From: a virus | Taxonomy: Duplodnaviria > Caudoviricetes | Virus record (IMG/VR): IMGVR_UViG_3300032301_001725 | Span: 1-37,980 of that record | Length of the DNA stretch: 37,980 nt | Reading direction: 5' to 3' (one strand) | Notes under the pieces: model-generated | The model's database searches: none | Seen by the model: only the letters and a program-made list of their open reading frames with translations | What the model was told of the DNA's origin: nothing | Made by a program: the position numbers and the translations under genes | Shown here: positions 17,887 to 26,971 of the stretch, one piece after another | How the letters are laid out: each line of letters starts with the position of its first letter | Numbering within the stretch: position 1 is the stretch's first letter

Positions 17887-18715
17887 CCAATGAAATTCCC
17901 TCTGCAAATCTTGCCAACAGAGAAGATTGATCCAGAGATTTCATTGTTCTAGCGGCAATAGCTTCTTTGTTTTCCCATTGTGATCTAGCTTCCTGAGGGT
18001 CTACACCTTTTCTTGAGATTTTAGATCTTCTGTCTTTGGCCGCTTCTCGTGACATTTCTCTTATAGAATCATGAGCTTCAGCGTAAAAATCATTTACGGA
18101 TCCAAAGTCGCCGTGGCCTATTGGTTGTTCATTTGCTAGCCTAGTTAGACCAAGCCCTCTGTAAGGTAGCACTTTGGCTTGTCTGATTTTTCCTATCTGA
18201 GAAGATTCCCAAGCTTTGTGTGCTGAAGCTTTTTTCTCAGCGGCAGTTCTTCTTTCTACAATAGAATCGCTTGTCTTTTGAGATTGCTCAAATGCCTTTT
18301 GTAGTTCATCAAATTCAGCATCCCAAATTGAAAGCCCATTGCTCATCATGGACTCAGCATGCTTGTTGTTGTCAAATTTTGGATTTCTTATTTTTTCAGA
18401 AGCAAATAGCTCTGATTTTTCGTCATCAAACCGTTGGCCAAAACCGGCTCGGCGGATGCCGCCAGGAACATCAGAATATCTGTTGTTATTATATATAGCT
18501 GGCTTAGGCTCTTCAAACTCATGTGTATTTTTGGATGAGGTGTTGAATTCTTTCAGTCTTTTTTCATAGATATGCCGGTTTGCAGAAGCTTCTCTGATAG
18601 ATTCTGCAAACTCATCCTCTGCATCTGAATAATCTCTGTCAAAAAAAGCGTCTGCTACGACAGCAGGCAACGGCCTTACTGACTCTGACTCTGATGCTTT
18701 TCTAAAAATACTCAT
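17879..18715 (-). CDS. Hypothetical head-module protein
   Basis: AAGGAG SD; begins MSIFRKAS; charged and helical. Confidence 0.75.
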   Translation of the reverse strand: MSIFRKASESESVRPLPAVVADAFFDRDYSDAEDEFAESIREASANRHIYEKRLKEFNTSSKNTHEFEEPKPAIYNNNRYSDVPGGIRRAGFGQRFDDEKSELFASEKIRNPKFDNNKHAESMMSNGLSIWDAEFDELQKAFEQSQKTSDSIVERRTAAEKKASAHKAWESSQIGKIRQAKVLPYRGLGLTRLANEQPIGHGDFGSVNDFYAEAHDSIREMSREAAKDRRSKISRKGVDPQEARSQWENKEAIAARTMKSLDQSSLLARFAEGISLDE

Positions 18716-18740
18716 TGTTGTTTACTCCTTTTATTCAATT

Positions 18741-19790
18741 TTACTTTTTTGTATTTGTTTTGGATTGAGCTGTTTTTTTACCAGCGGTGTAATCAGCGGC
18801 GACATCCGGCCAAAAAGATTTATCCTGATATCCTAGAACTTCGTTCCAATATCTAATAAATTCACTCTTGGAATCTGGCGAAAGTTTTGCTTCCTTAATC
18901 AAAGTCTTTATTGTTGCCTGCTTCACATTTTGTGCGAGGTCCATGGAATAAACCTTTTTAATTGAGTCGCTCAAGGACTCTAATTGCGGGTTTAATGGTG
19001 TAACACCGCACATTGCCTCTACATATTCTTTCGGCATTCCTGAAGCGATTGCAATTCTTTTGAAAGAATCTCGCTGAGCACGTGTAAATTTTGCAGGAGA
19101 AACAAATTCAGTTGTGACCTCGGCTTGATTTTTTGATTCTGAAGCTGATCGCTTGTTTTTTGAATCAGATTTTGATGCATATTTGTTCATTTCGGAATTT
19201 GCTTTTTCCTTGATAGCCGCAGCTATTCTGTTTCTATTTTCTTTTCGAGCGGCTAGGATAGTGTTGACTAGCTTTGTGTCACCTTTCGCAAGTGCTGTCT
19301 CAATGGCATCTGCGCTAATTTGTTCTTGGCTTGTAAATGCAATTCTTTTCATGTTTTTTGTAGTAGTAGATTCTCTTTGAAATTGTCCGTCCATGGCCGG
19401 TGAGTCACCGAATTCGTCATCATCGTCGCCGTAACCAAGGCTCATGTCACCCATGTCATCAAATCCGTCCATGCCTGGTTCCGTATCTCCAAGATCGCCC
19501 ATTCTATCAACATCACTCATGTCGTGGTCGAGATTATCGCTATCGCCGCCTAGATCGCCTTCTTGGCCTACGTTGGTGGCAGTTTGAATAACTCTATCCA
19601 ATTCGTTAACTTGACCTGGATTCAAATCATATCCAGCATCAGCTAGCAACGCCACAACCTGGTCAGTTTTGTCGTCTGCAAAGCGATTATTAGTAATCGA
19701 AGCTTGAACTGCACTCCAATCAATACCATTGAATTCCAACTTGGAACCCATATCTACGTTAACACTGTTCGGAAAAACTCTATCTGCCAT
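18741..19790 (-). CDS. Hypothetical head-module protein
   Basis: GGAG SD; Asp/Gly/Met-rich linker; conserved-looking C-terminus YWNEVLGY..FW. Confidence 0.75.
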   Translation of the reverse strand: MADRVFPNSVNVDMGSKLEFNGIDWSAVQASITNNRFADDKTDQVVALLADAGYDLNPGQVNELDRVIQTATNVGQEGDLGGDSDNLDHDMSDVDRMGDLGDTEPGMDGFDDMGDMSLGYGDDDDEFGDSPAMDGQFQRESTTTKNMKRIAFTSQEQISADAIETALAKGDTKLVNTILAARKENRNRIAAAIKEKANSEMNKYASKSDSKNKRSASESKNQAEVTTEFVSPAKFTRAQRDSFKRIAIASGMPKEYVEAMCGVTPLNPQLESLSDSIKKVYSMDLAQNVKQATIKTLIKEAKLSPDSKSEFIRYWNEVLGYQDKSFWPDVAADYTAGKKTAQSKTNTKK

Positions 19791-19810
19791 AATTACTCCA
19801 ATAGTTTTTA

Positions 19811-19835
19811 TTTCTTAATTGCTTTTTGCTTCCCT
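19811..19835 (-). promoter_or_regulatory. Candidate SigH-type promoter AGGG-N17-GAAA
   Basis: Overlaps the DUF192 stop, upstream of 19790; weaker -35 match. Confidence 0.4.
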
Positions 19836-20186
19836 TGTTAATATTTTTAATTTATTATTTTCCGGAAGAAAGAAATCTCCTATCTTAATATTTAGTTCTT
19901 TTGGCAAGTCAACATGTCCTTCTACTACATATTTTATTAAAGGATATTTTGGACGATATGGAGTTTCTTGTTGTTCTTTCAGTTCACCAATTTCTTGTAT
20001 TTTAAAATTTTCATCTAAAAAAAACAAACTTATAGGAAAATCCACGTTTTTGTTCCAGAAAGAATGGCTGCCAAGATATTGAAAAACAAAAAAAGCGCAA
20101 CTATTAATGTCAAGCGGTGAACTGAACATTAAACCCTTTGCTAATTTTTCCGGTGTATTACACAATATCTTAACATCTAAATGCAT
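19815..20186 (-). CDS. DUF192 family protein
   Basis: TPEKLAKGLMF, SFWNKNVDFPISLFFLD, KYVVE and IKIGD motifs. Confidence 0.85.
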   Translation of the reverse strand: MHLDVKILCNTPEKLAKGLMFSSPLDINSCAFFVFQYLGSHSFWNKNVDFPISLFFLDENFKIQEIGELKEQQETPYRPKYPLIKYVVEGHVDLPKELNIKIGDFFLPENNKLKILTREAKSN

Positions 20187-22548
20187 ATTTTTTTATCAAT
20201 GATTCAACGCTTGCAATGACAGATTCTTTCGGCTCGGGGTCAACCATTAATGTTCCAGACAAAGCGGACTTGCTGTGTATTCCGAGAGCAGCATTTAATC
20301 TTTTTTCTAAATTTTCTTTAATTATTGTCTCGGCGTCAGGACCAAGCTCATTGTGGCCTTGACTGGTGTACGTATACGCGCCAGTTTGTGTAACATGCGG
20401 CAAATGAGCGAGGTCTTGATTATGTGCCGCGTTATACATTTTGTTTATCACCTTTTCTTTAAGTTCGGGCGTAAGAGCGTCGAACATAACTCCTTTTTTT
20501 CCTAGTTTTTCTCTATATCTGTCAAGAAGGCCAGCGTAAGTCAGTGGAACTGTGTACTGATAAAGTCCTTTCTTAAGCGCTCCTGCGCTTTCCCTACCTC
20601 CGGGAATAATTGGTTTTGAAACCGGATTTTCTTCTGTTGGCACAGAATAGGTGCCGTCAACCATTTCAACAGCTTTCCTAAGAAAGTCCTCTTTTTGTTC
20701 ATCGTCTATTTTTAGATCGTTGATGTGCCTTCGCAATAAGTGGAAAAGAATTTCTGTTTCAGAAGCTGGGCCTCTGCCCTTAGTGCGATCATTAGACTTG
20801 TCGCCACCTGCAACGCCACCAGCAGTGGCTAAATTCACGCCTAGTTCATTTTTGGTATTAAAAATTAACCTAGTTTTAATTAAATTTTGAATTACTATCT
20901 TAACAAATTCTGGGTGTTCTTCAGCAATCCGCTTTAGCTTCAAAGGTAATTTATGAAATTCTTGCTTTAGGATTCTTTCGGATAGGTCTTTTAAATCAAG
21001 GCTTTCTGACGCAGCACTAACCATATCTTGTAATTCTACATGAGGCACAGATCTGGGATTTTGACTTTGTTTTGCGCTTTTGAAATGCTTATATATAAAA
21101 ACCATAATATGGTCTAAAAGATCCCGCAATTCGTCTTCTGCCTCAGCTTCCTCTGACCGATCTTGTGCTGAGCGGTATTTATTCTCAAGGGCTTTGAATT
21201 TAGAGAGAAATCCTCCTTCTAAATAATAATCTAATAAAAACATATCTGGATTGCTTTTCACGGCATCAAATTGCCTTTGAATCACAGCAATGCATTCATC
21301 GCCATCATAGTGGATAGAATCTGGCAGCTGCTTGCCGCCTTCGGTATTTTCATCATACTCTACTAGTTTGCGCTCTCTTGCAAGTTCACGATATATTTTC
21401 GGTTTAGCGAAAAAGATAGCCTTGTTCACGACACCCATTATAGCACCGAGGAGAGAGAATTCGTTGGCATTTTCTCCACAATAATAGTTTGGCAAGTAAT
21501 TATTAACCAAATTGTCAATAAATTTTCCACTACTTAAGTACGTACTCAAAAGCTCAATTGCTTTATTTCTTATGTCAATTTGAACAGTCTTTTGATTTGG
21601 CAACGGTTTTAATTTTCCGAGCGCAAGTTCTGTTATTTGCGGCATCGCGGCATAGAGCGTACTCCGGATTTTATCTGGATCACAATCTGCAGCACATATT
21701 TCCTGTATTTTTTGCTCAACGGCGCTAAGTTCACTGCCAATTGATTGTTGCTGTTGGTATTGTTTTCTGGACAGCCTTTTAATGCGCTTAGCAGTGTTGC
21801 TCAACCATACATCCAATGATGATGAAGGAAATCTTTTCGCCGCTGCCACTATGAAACCAATTAACTTATTGGCCCCCATGCCATTCAATATGGATATTGT
21901 TTTTTCTCTCGTTTCATCGTCTTCATACGATAATGTTTTTGCTATATTTACCGCATGTTCTTTAAGGGAAGAAACTAATGGCATTAAAACTTCTGGCAGG
22001 GAGCTATATTTATCTTCGCGGATATATTGCCGAATTTGTTTCCCAACCTCGATAAGCTCTCCATTTAATGCTGTATCTCCTTTAGCCTGCGCATATTTTC
22101 TATTACTATCTTTTGCAAAAGAAATTTTAGCAAAAGATCTGTAGTCAAATTTGTCGCTTTTCTTGTTTTCTTTCAAATAATTCGGGCTTTTTAAATAAGA
22201 ATCTCTTAGTGCAGTTCGACCACGATCTGTGATTTTTACTGATTTGCCATAGCCAGCAATCAATCCTTCAGCTTTTAGCCCCAAAACTGTTTCATCATTA
22301 AGGTGCGCTGGTATTGAGCAGTATCTTTCGTTTGAATCAGTGATTATAGTGCTTACCAGATCAGTACTTTTGTCAATCTCTTGTAGAGCTTCTAGTGAAT
22401 TCTGCGAATACTTGGTTTTCTGGGGTCGATTCGTCGCTTGTAATAAAATTTGTTGAAGCTCAGAAAGTTGAAATTCCGGCTGCATAGATTCCCCAAATGT
22501 AATTGGCATGCTTTCCTGCTGGTGGATGGGAACTATTGGCTGTGGCAT
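20170..22548 (-). CDS. Large hypothetical protein with N-terminal winged-helix-like segment
   Basis: Likely start MPQPIVP (22548), 8 nt after a promoter motif; LKAEGLI...VKITDRGRTAL resembles a wHTH wing. Confidence 0.7.
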   Translation of the reverse strand: MPQPIVPIHQQESMPITFGESMQPEFQLSELQQILLQATNRPQKTKYSQNSLEALQEIDKSTDLVSTIITDSNERYCSIPAHLNDETVLGLKAEGLIAGYGKSVKITDRGRTALRDSYLKSPNYLKENKKSDKFDYRSFAKISFAKDSNRKYAQAKGDTALNGELIEVGKQIRQYIREDKYSSLPEVLMPLVSSLKEHAVNIAKTLSYEDDETREKTISILNGMGANKLIGFIVAAAKRFPSSSLDVWLSNTAKRIKRLSRKQYQQQQSIGSELSAVEQKIQEICAADCDPDKIRSTLYAAMPQITELALGKLKPLPNQKTVQIDIRNKAIELLSTYLSSGKFIDNLVNNYLPNYYCGENANEFSLLGAIMGVVNKAIFFAKPKIYRELARERKLVEYDENTEGGKQLPDSIHYDGDECIAVIQRQFDAVKSNPDMFLLDYYLEGGFLSKFKALENKYRSAQDRSEEAEAEDELRDLLDHIMVFIYKHFKSAKQSQNPRSVPHVELQDMVSAASESLDLKDLSERILKQEFHKLPLKLKRIAEEHPEFVKIVIQNLIKTRLIFNTKNELGVNLATAGGVAGGDKSNDRTKGRGPASETEILFHLLRRHINDLKIDDEQKEDFLRKAVEMVDGTYSVPTEENPVSKPIIPGGRESAGALKKGLYQYTVPLTYAGLLDRYREKLGKKGVMFDALTPELKEKVINKMYNAAHNQDLAHLPHVTQTGAYTYTSQGHNELGPDAETIIKENLEKRLNAALGIHSKSALSGTLMVDPEPKESVIASVESLIKKYAFRC

Positions 22549-22556
22549 AGTTTTTT

Positions 22557-22582
22557 TTTCTATTTTTATGAATACTCTACCT
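22557..22582 (-). promoter_or_regulatory. Candidate SigH-type late promoter AGGT-N18-GAAA
   Basis: 8 nt upstream of ATG 22548. Confidence 0.6.
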
Positions 22583-23017
22583 TCTTGGCAAAAGATTTTT
22601 CCAAGCGTCTGGGCCTGAGTTTTCATCGTGAGCCACATCCCAAGTGAAATAATCTAAATTGCCGTTCATTGAAGGACTAGATGCCAGATTGCCTGGGTCT
22701 ACGTATGCTGGCCCTGATACCGGGTCGTCTCCGTGCATTTCACCTTCTAAATTGTTTTTTTCATCAGAATCAACTGGCAAAGGTTGATAATCTGGAATTC
22801 TATTTTTAAGCTCTTGCCAAAAGACTTCATCATATTGAGCATATTCTTCTTGGTTATCTCGCCATTTAACAAATCTTGCAGAAAATGGAAGTGTATCAAT
22901 GTTAGAAAGGTCGTATGGAAACGCAGCCATCTTGATTAAATTCGCTTGCACTTTATCGGATAATCTATAAAACCCATTTTCGTCGAGAAGATCAATAGTT
23001 TTAAGTATTTCTTTCAT
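22577..23017 (-). CDS. Hypothetical head-module protein
   Basis: Likely start MKEILKTIDLLDENG (23017), 1 nt after the upstream stop; leader ends LIKMA. Confidence 0.7.
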   Translation of the reverse strand: MKEILKTIDLLDENGFYRLSDKVQANLIKMAAFPYDLSNIDTLPFSARFVKWRDNQEEYAQYDEVFWQELKNRIPDYQPLPVDSDEKNNLEGEMHGDDPVSGPAYVDPGNLASSPSMNGNLDYFTWDVAHDENSGPDAWKNLLPRR

Positions 23018-23018
23018 A

Positions 23019-24101
23019 TTATCGTCCAAGCACCGAATTGTACGGATTATTACTGGTGAACTCACCAGTTGCGGTTGTGTTTTCTACGGTACCTAAAGTA
23101 TCATCCTGATATGGAGTTTCGGTTCTGTTATTCTCCCAGTTACCTCTGGTTTTTTTGTCCCAATCTAATCCACCAGGCATGAACAGCCTTCTTATGTCGG
23201 GGTTATTTTTCTTAAGTTTTCCTAATTTCTCTTCCAGTGTTTGATTATTATTGGTGGAAGCCGGTGTAATTGGCGAGGGCTCGTCTATGAGCGTTCCGCT
23301 TACCGAATAGCTATTGCTTTCTCCGGGATCTGGGGTGTTCATCAGCAATGTGCTGTCTTCCATATTATGTTTATCTGGAAATGTGGGATTATTAATTGCG
23401 TCGATATATCCATCCACGCCGTCTGCTGAATTATATTGCGGAAGCATTCCAGTGAATGGTTCAGTGAATTGGTTACTTTTCAAATCTAGTGAGTTTGAAT
23501 TATCAGTTTGCTCTTCAATTGGGCGAAGTGTATTATCCAGTGTTGGGTACGACTGTTGGGTTCGGTAATAGCTGTCTGGCCCGTTTATGTGTTTTGGCTT
23601 CAGTTTTGTGTTCATACCCAAGTCGCCAAAGGACATCGGGAGATTCATAGAAGCGTTTTTGTTAAAATCAATTTTTTGATTTCTTCGCATATCCTCTAGT
23701 AAATCTTCAACGGTTTTTATTCTGCTTTCCAATTCTGGAGTTTTTTTAAAACTTGAAACAGGCTTTGGTTCCCTTAAAGATTTCAAATATGCTTCTTTTG
23801 CCCGGATTTTGTTTTTTCTTTTTAATTGCAGCCTTTCGTCAAAATCTAAAAGATATGGAATTGAGTCTTCTTCAACACCATTATGAAATGTTTCTAATAA
23901 ATTTTCAAGTGGCCTTTCAAACCCAAGAATATCTGGGTTAGTGGACCTTGACATTAAAGAATCGAGCGATACGTCTCCCGAGAAATTGTTGATGCCATAA
24001 CTGGGGCCAGAAGGGCCACCACGGAAAAGTGGCGAACCGCCTGGCGCGAACGAGCCTGGTTGCCCACCCACCCCACCAAAATTCGCAATTCTCTTATCCA
24101 T
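23019..24101 (-). CDS. Hypothetical head-module protein (largely disordered)
   Basis: 360 aa directly after TerL; begins MDKRIA followed by a Gly/Pro-rich segment. Confidence 0.75.
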   Translation of the reverse strand: MDKRIANFGGVGGQPGSFAPGGSPLFRGGPSGPSYGINNFSGDVSLDSLMSRSTNPDILGFERPLENLLETFHNGVEEDSIPYLLDFDERLQLKRKNKIRAKEAYLKSLREPKPVSSFKKTPELESRIKTVEDLLEDMRRNQKIDFNKNASMNLPMSFGDLGMNTKLKPKHINGPDSYYRTQQSYPTLDNTLRPIEEQTDNSNSLDLKSNQFTEPFTGMLPQYNSADGVDGYIDAINNPTFPDKHNMEDSTLLMNTPDPGESNSYSVSGTLIDEPSPITPASTNNNQTLEEKLGKLKKNNPDIRRLFMPGGLDWDKKTRGNWENNRTETPYQDDTLGTVENTTATGEFTSNNPYNSVLGR

Positions 24102-24110
24102 TGTTTGTAA

Positions 24111-24136
24111 TTTCTAGACTAGTCTTTTGTTTACCT
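24111..24136 (-). promoter_or_regulatory. Candidate SigH-type late promoter AGGT-N18-GAAA
   Basis: 9 nt upstream of ATG 24101; no SD. Confidence 0.6.
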
Positions 24137-26239
24137 AAAAGCGGACCCCGTATATGTAACCCGAGACTTAGGCAATTTCTTTACCGCGCTTTGCTCCGTA
24201 GAACACTCAAAAACACAAGCGGCCACAGAGTCACATATATCGTCTTTGTATCCAGTTAGAGCTTCAATAACTTGTCTGCCATTTTTCCATTTTTTCTGCA
24301 AGAACGTAAATTGATCTTTTGCTTCCGGTATTTCAAAAATTTCGACCATTTCTCCGCGTTTGTTTCTAGTTCTTCCTGAAGAAAGCTTATAGAATTCAAT
24401 TCTTTTATTTCTTAGGCACTCCAACAAATGAATATAGATTTTGTCTTTGTATTCTTTATTGAAAACTTTCAACACCGCTGGTAACCCTGCGGCCTGAAGC
24501 TTTTCAATAGTTTCTTGAGAATGCCATTGATCAAAGCTTATTTGCTTAAATTGAAATCTCATGTGTAAATTTATCAGATACTCTTCAACTTCTGCAACTG
24601 GAACAGGTTGTTTCATTTGAGATGGCGACCAAAACTGAATATGATCGACTATGTATTTTTTGATTTCTTTACCAAATGCATCTGCGTCTCCAGTTTTCTC
24701 TGCATGGCAAACTGAAATAGCATAATAATCAGATCTGTTTGCTGGGTCAACGTGGCAATAGTAATCGTGTGTTCCCTCCCTTGCTTCCGCCCTGGAAGTT
24801 CGAGATGAATTTGTAAAAGCGGCTTCTACATCTTCTGGGGTGAAGAAAGGGTCGGCTGAGTTTGTGCCAAATTCAGCACCGTACTGCATATTAAATTCTA
24901 TAGGATCTTTTTTGCGCTCACTTTCAAGCCATTCTTTGCTTACGTTAGCGTTGATAAGCCATGTTGGCAGCTTTAAAATTAGGGTTGTTGGATCATCCAG
25001 TCTAGTGTTGTAGAGGAAGAAAAGCTGACCAAAAGGACCCTTAGGGTTAGATAAGCATATTATTTTACCATTTTCCCCGAAAGTCGTAAGAGATGGCTTA
25101 AGTTCTGCGTAAAGCTGTTTGTCTTGTCCGGAATCAGGATTGTCTCCGGCTAGAGCCGCAAGCTCATCTATGATAATGCACCAACAAGTTTTTCCAACGA
25201 GGCCTTGAGCGCTACTACTACCGCACTTGAGAATAATAGTTCCGTCTAATGCTGTCAAGCCTTTTTTCTTTCGTCTTTCATTTTCTTCAAGGTCTTTCTC
25301 GGTTAGAAACTTCATCTCTAGCGCGTTATCAACGCCGATATATTTTTGGAAAAATGGCGAAGAAACCGCATAGTTTTTCATCGGAGTAAAGATAGAATCT
25401 TTGGCCATGCCTTCATTCTTAGCAACGTTCAAAATATGTATTTCTTGAAAATCCGGAAGGTTTAGCTTTTTTTGGCAATGCCCCATTTTTAAAAGCTTAT
25501 AAGTTTCGTATAAAGCTATAGTCACGGTCATAAAAGACTTTCCGCCTCTTCTGCCCATTATTAAAACAAGTTCTTGAAATCTATTTTTAAGTTTATTTTT
25601 AATTTGCTGGCGAACAAATTCGTCAGGAACCCCTTCAATCAAGTCCATTTCTGATTGAAATAAATCTTCGTGGTCGTCGTCTAATATATTTCTTAAATTT
25701 CGCTCAGCTGCTTCACTAGACGCTTTTTCTATCTCGTGATTAATTCTTGTCTCTCTAACATTTAGTGGGCATCTTTTGCAGACCAGGCATCGAGAATTCA
25801 AAGGGCTTAGGAGGCTGTTATATGACTCACCTTCTGTAGCTTTTTCGGCGCATTCTGACTCGTTATCTAAAACGTATTTCCAGACACATTTTCCACAATC
25901 TTTTTCCTCGGTTTTATCGGCACAATTAAGTTCTGTTCGAGTGTTGCCCTCTGTGCCACGGTAAAATAATTTGAGCGCCAATGTTTGCCATGGATAAGGG
26001 TTGAGGTTAAGAAAGTGAGGGTGAGTGATAAACGTAAAGATATCAACATATCCATTTGGATTATATTTACTTTGGTCAATCGGATCTGGACAAGGAACTT
26101 CATACCGACTTTGGTATTCTTTTTCTACGACTTCAACATTATCCAAACCAGCCCACATTTGGTCTATTTTTGCTGCGTCGCGGGAAGCTTTTTCTAAATA
26201 TTCAGCCATCTGACGCTGCTGAACATTTTTATTTGTCAC
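24131..26239 (-). CDS. terL: Terminase large subunit
   Basis: Walker A GRRGGKS, Walker B IIIDE, motif III LSNP, nuclease HVDPA..D, FDQW and DDICDS; GTGA overlap with the upstream gene. Confidence 0.93.
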   Translation of the reverse strand: MTNKNVQQRQMAEYLEKASRDAAKIDQMWAGLDNVEVVEKEYQSRYEVPCPDPIDQSKYNPNGYVDIFTFITHPHFLNLNPYPWQTLALKLFYRGTEGNTRTELNCADKTEEKDCGKCVWKYVLDNESECAEKATEGESYNSLLSPLNSRCLVCKRCPLNVRETRINHEIEKASSEAAERNLRNILDDDHEDLFQSEMDLIEGVPDEFVRQQIKNKLKNRFQELVLIMGRRGGKSFMTVTIALYETYKLLKMGHCQKKLNLPDFQEIHILNVAKNEGMAKDSIFTPMKNYAVSSPFFQKYIGVDNALEMKFLTEKDLEENERRKKKGLTALDGTIILKCGSSSAQGLVGKTCWCIIIDELAALAGDNPDSGQDKQLYAELKPSLTTFGENGKIICLSNPKGPFGQLFFLYNTRLDDPTTLILKLPTWLINANVSKEWLESERKKDPIEFNMQYGAEFGTNSADPFFTPEDVEAAFTNSSRTSRAEAREGTHDYYCHVDPANRSDYYAISVCHAEKTGDADAFGKEIKKYIVDHIQFWSPSQMKQPVPVAEVEEYLINLHMRFQFKQISFDQWHSQETIEKLQAAGLPAVLKVFNKEYKDKIYIHLLECLRNKRIEFYKLSSGRTRNKRGEMVEIFEIPEAKDQFTFLQKKWKNGRQVIEALTGYKDDICDSVAACVFECSTEQSAVKKLPKSRVTYTGSAFR

Positions 26240-26919
26240 TCGATTGCCTCCTTAAGTTCTCTAGTTCTTTGTCTTATTATTCTTTTGTCTTCATCATCAA
26301 CCATCATATCATGCAATTCATACAATACTGCAAAAACGTTTGGTAAGTTGAGTGAATTATCATCGCGCAATTGTTTTATTTCAATGAGTCGCTTTGCGAG
26401 TCTATCCAATCTGTCTGTTCGTTTTCCAATTTCTTCTGGTGTCTTAAGGTTAAGTGATCGAATTTCATCTATTTCCGTTATGACTATTGTGAGTGCTAAA
26501 TCATATTCTCGGTATTTCCATTTGGCGATTTCTTCTTCTCTGCCTTCATAGTATTGCAGTCCGCGAGTCGTGATGTTATTAAGATCGCAGTGCTTTTTTA
26601 AATGTAGCGCAACTTGAGGCCAGTTTAATTTAGCATTATAGTGCTCTTCGAAAAATTTAAGAACGGCGTTTACTTTTTTACCACTATCTATATAAACGTG
26701 CTCCAGCAAATTTCTATGCGGGGAATTGCAAATTGCGCATTTTGCAGAAAATTGCTGCGTGTATTCTATACCAGAAGTGTTGAGTTTATATGGCTTATTT
26801 GGTTTTGCGTCTGCCTTTAGCGTGCTAAAAAGAACAATATCATCGCCTTTGACACTTTTCTCTACAGAAGTAGAATTATCTAATATTATATTGTCGATGA
26901 TTATTTCGTTGTCAGCCAT
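26236..26919 (-). CDS. Putative terminase small subunit (CxxC...HxxxH HTH plus helical domain)
   Basis: Translationally coupled to TerL; CAIC...HLKKH; likely start MADNE, 6 nt after TACAAT. Confidence 0.55.
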   Translation of the reverse strand: MADNEIIIDNIILDNSTSVEKSVKGDDIVLFSTLKADAKPNKPYKLNTSGIEYTQQFSAKCAICNSPHRNLLEHVYIDSGKKVNAVLKFFEEHYNAKLNWPQVALHLKKHCDLNNITTRGLQYYEGREEEIAKWKYREYDLALTIVITEIDEIRSLNLKTPEEIGKRTDRLDRLAKRLIEIKQLRDDNSLNLPNVFAVLYELHDMMVDDEDKRIIRQRTRELKEAIE

Positions 26920-26933
26920 AATAGGATTGTACA

Positions 26934-26959
26934 AGCAGCGCCGGATTGTAGGCGCTGCT
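26934..26959 (-). promoter_or_regulatory. GC-rich hairpin upstream of the terminase genes
   Basis: AGCAGCGCC/GGCGCTGCT perfect 9-bp stem, 8-nt loop; no clear U-tract. Confidence 0.55.
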
Positions 26960-26971
26960 CAACTTAAGTAA

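Noticed and set aside
22549-22638. N-terminal extension of the 822-aa ORF
   Set aside because: It overlaps the upstream gene and the promoter motif; MPQPIVP at 22548 is the better start.
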